Positions 27,370-32,000 of a stretch of DNA of 32,000 nucleotides are shown one piece after another; position 1 is the stretch's first letter; each line of letters starts with the position of its first letter. A program made the translations under genes and the position numbers. Source of the DNA: Candidatus Electronema halotolerans (lineage in GTDB: Bacteria; Desulfobacterota; Desulfobulbia; Desulfobulbales; Desulfobulbaceae); contig OW818675.1 of the NCBI GenBank assembly GCA_942493095.1, positions 2,790,001 to 2,822,000 on the forward strand. Direction: 5' to 3'. The notes under the pieces were generated by a model, which was given only the letters and a program-made list of their open reading frames with translations, ran no database searches and had not been told where the DNA came from.

Positions 27370-28074
27370 ATGAGCGGCGAGCCTTTCCGAGTCCAGCCCC
27401 TGCACGGGGTGTCGCTGCCTGCTTTTCTCCAGCTTTTGGAGCATGAGCGGAGCACCTGCACCCTGACAGTGGCTGCCAAAGGAAAGAATGGCCGCTTTTT
27501 TTTCCGCGAAGGTCAGCTGATCGACGCAGCCTGTGATGGCAAGGCCGGGGTGGAGGCGGCGCATGTCCTGCTGGCCTTGAAAAAACCTGATTTTTCGGTC
27601 AGAGCTTCGGAAGATCGCATGACCCGGATTCATCAGCCTTTGGCCCGCATCTTGCTGCAAGCGCAAGACAAGGCCGGACTAAGCGGCTCGGTCACGGAGA
27701 CTCTGCCCGGCGAGGAAGCCTTTGCCGAAGAAGTGAAGTCCAGCCCCCTGCTGCTCCGCCTGCTTGCGGAACTGACCGCGATTCCGGCAGTGAAGCATTA
27801 CTGCCTGCTCAACCGGAAGGGCAAGGTGGCGGCCTGCTCCACTCATAACACCCAGTTCTGCAATTTCATCTCATACACCATCATGTGCAGTCTGCAGGTG
27901 CGCAAAGGCTTGGGCGGCGATGTCAAAGGGCCGAACCGCATTCAGATGCTGCTGCGCAGCGGCGATGCCCTGCTGATTCAGCCGGGGGCAGGCGTGATCA
28001 TTGGCCTGCTGGTGGACGGCAATGCCCCGCTGCCGGAGCTGTCAGCCAGAATACGGGCCTTGCTTGCCCATTGA
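27370..28074 (+). CDS. DUF4388 (PATAN-like) domain protein with a C-terminal roadblock/LC7-like domain
   Basis: The N-terminus LPAFLQLLEHERSTCTLTVAAKGKNGRFFFREGQLIDAACDGKAGVEAAHVLL matches my memory of the DUF4388 pattern. The C-terminus HYCLLNRKGKVAA...ALLIQPGAGVIIGLLVD looks roadblock-like. The gene starts 6 nt after the argJ stop. Confidence 0.55.
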   Translation: MSGEPFRVQPLHGVSLPAFLQLLEHERSTCTLTVAAKGKNGRFFFREGQLIDAACDGKAGVEAAHVLLALKKPDFSVRASEDRMTRIHQPLARILLQAQDKAGLSGSVTETLPGEEAFAEEVKSSPLLLRLLAELTAIPAVKHYCLLNRKGKVAACSTHNTQFCNFISYTIMCSLQVRKGLGGDVKGPNRIQMLLRSGDALLIQPGAGVIIGLLVDGNAPLPELSARIRALLAH

Positions 28075-28085
28075 GTCTGAAAAAT

Positions 28086-28712
28086 ATGTGGAATTTAGTG
28101 GAGGAAATCTTTGCCCAGCCCGGAGTTGCCGGAGCCTGTGTGCTGAACAGCAAGGGAAAACAGCTTTGCGGCAAAGGGCATGAAAAACTGGCTCCCAAAC
28201 TGCTGAACACCTTGGGGCTGCATACGGCCCGTCTTTTTCAGATGGGCAGCATGAGCGGGCTTGAGATCAACATGGCCCAGTTTGTTTTTGACCGTTATGC
28301 CGTGGTGGCCCAGCTTGTTCCTTCCGGCGAGATTTTTCTTGTCCTCTGCGCCGCTCATGCTGACTGCTGCCAGATTGCCAAGACCATCACGGGCCGGGCT
28401 GCGGCTGCGCTGCCGCCGGAGCTGCAGCCTGAGGCGGAGTCGGCGGCAGCGGACACCAGCTTGGCAAAGGAAGAGGCCTTGGAAGTCTGTCCGCCGCAGC
28501 TCCAAGTCATGTTTGACAGGATTGAGCAGGCCCTGACCGGAGCCATCGGGCCGGTTGCGGGAATGGTCATGCACGATTATATTGATCTTTGGCGGCAGAG
28601 TGGTCCGGCAGTGCCAGCCCGGCTGGTTGAGCTGACCAACATGCTGGTTGATGAGATCGGCGAGCCAGAGGCCGCTCAGGACTTTGTCGCCCAAATTGAG
28701 CAGATTATCTGA
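28086..28712 (+). CDS. Roadblock/LC7 (MglB-like) domain protein with a conserved-looking C-terminal helical module
   Basis: I take the ATG at 28086, which lies in the frame of the longer track ORF starting at 27885. The N-terminus PGVAGACVLNSKGKQLCG...EIFLVLCAAHAD fits a roadblock fold pattern. The C-terminus LTGAIGPVAGMVMHDYI...DEIGEPEAAQDFVAQI resembles a (L/I)GPxA module seen in many signalling proteins. Confidence 0.5.
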   Translation: MWNLVEEIFAQPGVAGACVLNSKGKQLCGKGHEKLAPKLLNTLGLHTARLFQMGSMSGLEINMAQFVFDRYAVVAQLVPSGEIFLVLCAAHADCCQIAKTITGRAAAALPPELQPEAESAAADTSLAKEEALEVCPPQLQVMFDRIEQALTGAIGPVAGMVMHDYIDLWRQSGPAVPARLVELTNMLVDEIGEPEAAQDFVAQIEQII

Positions 28713-28766
28713 AGTGCCGCAGTCTGCTCCTTGTTTGTCAATCCAGCCGTTCCGACGGTTTTTTTC

Positions 28767-30296
28767 ATGCGTTTTCCCATTCTGCTGATCACAGTCGCAG
28801 TTCTCCTGCTGCCGCCCCTGTCCTGCACCGCCGCCTGTCTGTCCGGCGACTGCCGCAACGGGACCGGCAGGCTGCGCAGCGCGGATGGACGCGAATATGA
28901 AGGAGAATTTAAAAACGGCTTTCTCTGGGGCAAAGGTGCTCTGACCACGGCTGACGGGCTGCGCTACACTGGTCAGTTTGTCAAAGGCCGCTTTCAGGGT
29001 CTGGGCACCTTGAAGAGTAAGGACGGCAGAACCTATCAGGGCCAGTTCGCACGCGGGGTGATCAACGGGCATGGCAGGCTGGTCGAGCCGGACGGACGCA
29101 TCTATCAGGGCGAATTTGTCATGGGCCGTTTTCATGGCCAAGGAGTCCTGAAGTGGCCGGACGGGCGCAAATATGCAGGCAGCTTTCGGGACGGCCAGCC
29201 TTATGGCCGGGGCAGAATGACCCTGCCGGACGGCAGTTTTTATGAAGGCAATTTCGAGGAAGGCAGGCCGGTCGGCGAAATTGTCCGCCGTTATGCGGAC
29301 GGCAGCTTGTACCGGGGCAGCCTTGTCGCAGGTCTGCGGGAGGGAAAAGGCTTTCTCAAGCTGCCGGATGGCGGCCGCTATGCTGGGTTTTTTCATAAAG
29401 ACAAGTATGAAGGTCAAGGCCGCCTGACTGCGGCGGATGGCCGGGTCCTCTATGAAGGTGAGTTCCACCTTGGCAAGCCAACGGCCCGGCGGCGGCCAGT
29501 TCAACCGCCAAAAGCGGCGGCGGCGCAGAAACCTGCTGATGCAGCCAGCATCAAAATTGCCCCCTTGACCGCCGTGGATGGCGAGCCAATGCTGGCCGAG
29601 CCGCTGCATGACACTCCGGCCCCAGCTCCGCCTGCGCCGAAGATCAGCAGTCCGCCTCAGGCAGGCCAGAAAAAACTCTTCTTTGCCCAAAACGGCTTGA
29701 TTTATCTGCGGGAAAACAATCAGCCTGCGCTCTTCACCGGCACAGCGGACATTGAGCGGTCAGATGGCTCCTTGTATCAGGGCGAGATCAAACAGGGCCG
29801 CTTGCAGGGCTGGGGCACTCTCCAGCTGCCCAACCGCGAAATTTATGAAGGCGAATTCAAGAACGGCGAATTTGACGGTCAGGGCACCTATGTTTTTGCC
29901 GACGGCAGGCAGTACACTGGCTCCTTCCGGCATGGCGCACGGGAGGGACATGGTCTGCTGACCTATCCAGACGGCTCCTCTTATGAAGGCGATTTTGCCA
30001 AAGACGTGTATGAAGGCAAAGGCACCTATATTTTCCCGGACGGCAGCAAGTATGTCGGCGAGCTGTCTGGCGGCTTTTTCTCCGGCCAAGGCACGCTGAC
30101 CTATAAGAACGGAAAAAAATACACGGGGTCTTTTCAACATGATCTGCCCAATGGCCAAGGAACCCTGATCATGCCGGACGGCAGTGTCTATAAAGGCATG
30201 TTCAAGGCTGGCAAACGCAACGGCAAGGGTGCTGTCACCCAGCCGGACGGGCGGGTGGTCAGGGGCCTGTTCAAGAATGACGAACTTGTCAAATAA
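28767..30296 (+). CDS. Secreted MORN-repeat protein (two MORN arrays joined by a Pro/Ala-rich linker)
   Basis: The start is the ATG at 28767, giving MRFPILLITVAVLLLPPLSCTAA; the track TTG start is 28731. There are about 17 repeats of Y.G.F..G...G.G with a 23-aa period. The linker is KPTARRRPVQPPKAAAAQKPAD...APAPPAPKISSPPQ. Confidence 0.85.
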   Translation: MRFPILLITVAVLLLPPLSCTAACLSGDCRNGTGRLRSADGREYEGEFKNGFLWGKGALTTADGLRYTGQFVKGRFQGLGTLKSKDGRTYQGQFARGVINGHGRLVEPDGRIYQGEFVMGRFHGQGVLKWPDGRKYAGSFRDGQPYGRGRMTLPDGSFYEGNFEEGRPVGEIVRRYADGSLYRGSLVAGLREGKGFLKLPDGGRYAGFFHKDKYEGQGRLTAADGRVLYEGEFHLGKPTARRRPVQPPKAAAAQKPADAASIKIAPLTAVDGEPMLAEPLHDTPAPAPPAPKISSPPQAGQKKLFFAQNGLIYLRENNQPALFTGTADIERSDGSLYQGEIKQGRLQGWGTLQLPNREIYEGEFKNGEFDGQGTYVFADGRQYTGSFRHGAREGHGLLTYPDGSSYEGDFAKDVYEGKGTYIFPDGSKYVGELSGGFFSGQGTLTYKNGKKYTGSFQHDLPNGQGTLIMPDGSVYKGMFKAGKRNGKGAVTQPDGRVVRGLFKNDELVK

Positions 30297-30314
30297 CAAC
30301 AGGAATAACATATC

Positions 30315-30608
30315 GTGCAATGGCAATATAAAACTATCCTTATTGAATTCCAGAAGGACGGGCTGCTGGGCGACAAGTACATTGATGAGGATGAGACCGA
30401 GGCGGCACTCAATGCCGAAGGCCGACACGGCTGGGAGCTGGTGACTGCGACCTTGGTCCCGGAGGGAATGCTGCTCTTCTGCAAGAAGGAGCTGCTGCCC
30501 GGCGAGGAGCCGGACAGCATGACGGAAGAGGAGGCGGAGGCTGAAGAAGATGAAGAGGAGCTGCCAGAGGATGACAGCAGCGGTCTTGGCAGCATCAAAA
30601 TTTTTTGA
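30315..30608 (+). CDS. DUF4177-like small protein with an acidic tail
   Basis: 97 aa with a GTG start. WQYKTILIEF...LNAEGRHGWELV matches my recollection of DUF4177. The C-terminus is Glu/Asp-rich. Confidence 0.5.
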   Translation: MQWQYKTILIEFQKDGLLGDKYIDEDETEAALNAEGRHGWELVTATLVPEGMLLFCKKELLPGEEPDSMTEEEAEAEEDEEELPEDDSSGLGSIKIF

Positions 30609-30623
30609 GCTGGGAATGATGCG

Positions 30624-31676
30624 GTGAGCTTTTACGTCTTCAAGCGCATTCTTCTCATGATTCCGACTCTGTTCGGCATCATGCTGATCACCTTTGCCGT
30701 CACCCAGTTTGTGCCGGGCGGGCCAGTGGAAAAAATGGTCGCCCAGCTGGAGCACCGGGGCGGCGAGGCGGCGGGCGGCAGTGCCGGAGTCTATCAGGGC
30801 AAGCAGGGCTTGGATCAGGAGCGCATTGAGCAGCTGAGAAAGCTCTACGGCTTTGACCAGCCGCCAGTGCAGCGTTTTTTCAAGATGATGGCTTCGTACT
30901 TGGTCTTTGATTTTGGTGAATCCTATTATCACCAGAAGGATGTGACCGAGCTGGTCATTTCCAAGCTGCCCGTGTCCATGTCGCTTGGTCTCTGGTCCTT
31001 TTTCATTGTCTATTCAGTCTGCATTCCGCTCGGCATCCGCAAGGCAGTGCAGGACGGCTCCCGTTTTGATGTCTTCACCAGCAGCGTCATTCTGGTCGGC
31101 TATGCTGTTCCCGGCTTTGTGCTCGGACTGGCCCTGATTGTCCTCTTTGGCGGCGGCAGCTTCTGGAACATTTTTCCGCTGCGCGGCTTGGTCTCAGATA
31201 ACTGGCAGCAGCTCAGTTGCACCGGCAAAATATTGGATTATCTTTGGCATATCGTCCTGCCAGTCACAGCCTCGACAGTGGGCAGCCTGGCCGTGATGAC
31301 CCTGCTGACCAAGAATTCCTTTTTGGAAGAAATCCGCAAGCAATATGTGCTGACTGCCCGTGCCAAGGGTCTGAGTGAACGGCAGGTGCTGTACGGCCAT
31401 GTCTTCCGCAATGCGATCATTCCAATCATCACCGGCTTTCCCGGCTCCTTCATCACCGCCTTTTTCACTGGCAGCCTGCTGATTGAGACCATTTTTTCCT
31501 TGGACGGCATGGGCCTGCTGGCCTACGAGTCAGTGCTCAACCGCGACTATCCAGTTGTGCTCGGCACCTTGTATTTTTTCACCATCCTTGGCCTGATATC
31601 CCGGCTTCTTTCAGACCTCAGCTATGTCTGGGCCGATCCGAGGATCAGCTTTGACAGCTTGGAGCGGCGCAGATGA
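30624..31676 (+). CDS. yejB: ABC transporter permease, YejB type (microcin C / peptide uptake family)
   Basis: It is collinear with E. coli YejB. Shared blocks are FKRILLMIPTLFGIMLITF, the YejB-specific loop before YGFDQP, GIRKAVQDGSRFDV, FPLRGLVS, YLWHIVLPV, LTKNSFLEEIRKQYVLTARAKGLSER, FRNA and DPRI. Confidence 0.9.
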   Translation: MSFYVFKRILLMIPTLFGIMLITFAVTQFVPGGPVEKMVAQLEHRGGEAAGGSAGVYQGKQGLDQERIEQLRKLYGFDQPPVQRFFKMMASYLVFDFGESYYHQKDVTELVISKLPVSMSLGLWSFFIVYSVCIPLGIRKAVQDGSRFDVFTSSVILVGYAVPGFVLGLALIVLFGGGSFWNIFPLRGLVSDNWQQLSCTGKILDYLWHIVLPVTASTVGSLAVMTLLTKNSFLEEIRKQYVLTARAKGLSERQVLYGHVFRNAIIPIITGFPGSFITAFFTGSLLIETIFSLDGMGLLAYESVLNRDYPVVLGTLYFFTILGLISRLLSDLSYVWADPRISFDSLERRR

Positions 31677-32000
31677 AACGAATTGACATGTTCAGGAACG
31701 TGGCGGCAGCAGGTCTTGTCCTGATTCTGCTACTTTCCAGCGCAGGACAATCAGCGGCGAACAGCATTTCACGGGAGGAACTGCTACAGATGCTCACCAC
31801 TGAGACAGATGTTGATCCGATTCAACTCCGTGCGCTGCCTGCGGAAAATTTTCAGGAGCAGGAGCAGGGCCAGGCTGTGGGCCGGGTGCAGTGGGTGCAG
31901 GGAGCGGTTATTTTTATTCCCAAGGGCGGCTACAGCGCCTATCATTTAAATAAAAGCGTGCCTGTGGCAGTGCATGACGGCGACACGCTCATCACAGCCA
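31673..32000 (+). CDS. Secreted protein, possibly FecR-domain (partial, runs off the window)
   Basis: The ATG overlaps the yejB stop (ATGA). The signal peptide is AAAGLVLILLLSSAGQSAA. GRVQWVQGAVIFIPKGG...VAVHDGDTLIT resembles the start of a FecR-type beta-sandwich. The frame is open to the window end. Confidence 0.45.
   Translation, partial: MKRIDMFRNVAAAGLVLILLLSSAGQSAANSISREELLQMLTTETDVDPIQLRALPAENFQEQEQGQAVGRVQWVQGAVIFIPKGGYSAYHLNKSVPVAVHDGDTLITA

Noticed and set aside
28095-29690. 531-aa minus-strand ORF, together with the 390-aa minus-strand ORF at 29760-30932.
   Set aside because: Both are antisense shadows of the MORN-repeat, roadblock, DUF4177 and yejB genes. The periodic GC-rich repeat codons keep the opposite strand open. 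No motifs, and implausible composition.

Overview
This looks like chromosomal DNA from a Gram-negative bacterium, with about 25 real genes. A Desulfobacterota-like origin is only a guess. No rRNA, tRNA or CRISPR array was seen by eye.
(1) 1-8807, minus strand: one tightly packed envelope-glycan operon behind a good sigma70-like promoter. It encodes a small outer-membrane barrel-like protein, an OpgC/OafA-type acyltransferase, a processive GT2 beta-glycan synthase with a variant QxxRW motif, three DUF3131-like periplasmic paralogues and a secreted pentapeptide-repeat protein.
(2) 8904-12447, minus strand: der (EngA) and a large HAD-superfamily protein.
(3) 12448-21884: an AT-richer island that I reconstruct as a single large Avs-like gene (Cap4/DUF4297-like nuclease + STAND NTPase + helical repeats). 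It has been broken by two independent insertions of the same 1486-bp single-ORF IS66-family element, each with its own 8-bp target duplication, and by an in-frame TAG.
(4) 21885-25906, minus strand: a spermidine-synthase-like polytopic membrane protein, a CvpA-like protein and PPK2.
(5) 26140-32000, plus strand: argJ, a DUF4388/roadblock plus roadblock gene pair with no adjacent GTPase, a bipartite secreted MORN-repeat protein, DUF4177, an orphan yejB-type permease, and the start of a FecR-like secreted protein.
Family names come from motifs I recognise by eye. No database search was run.
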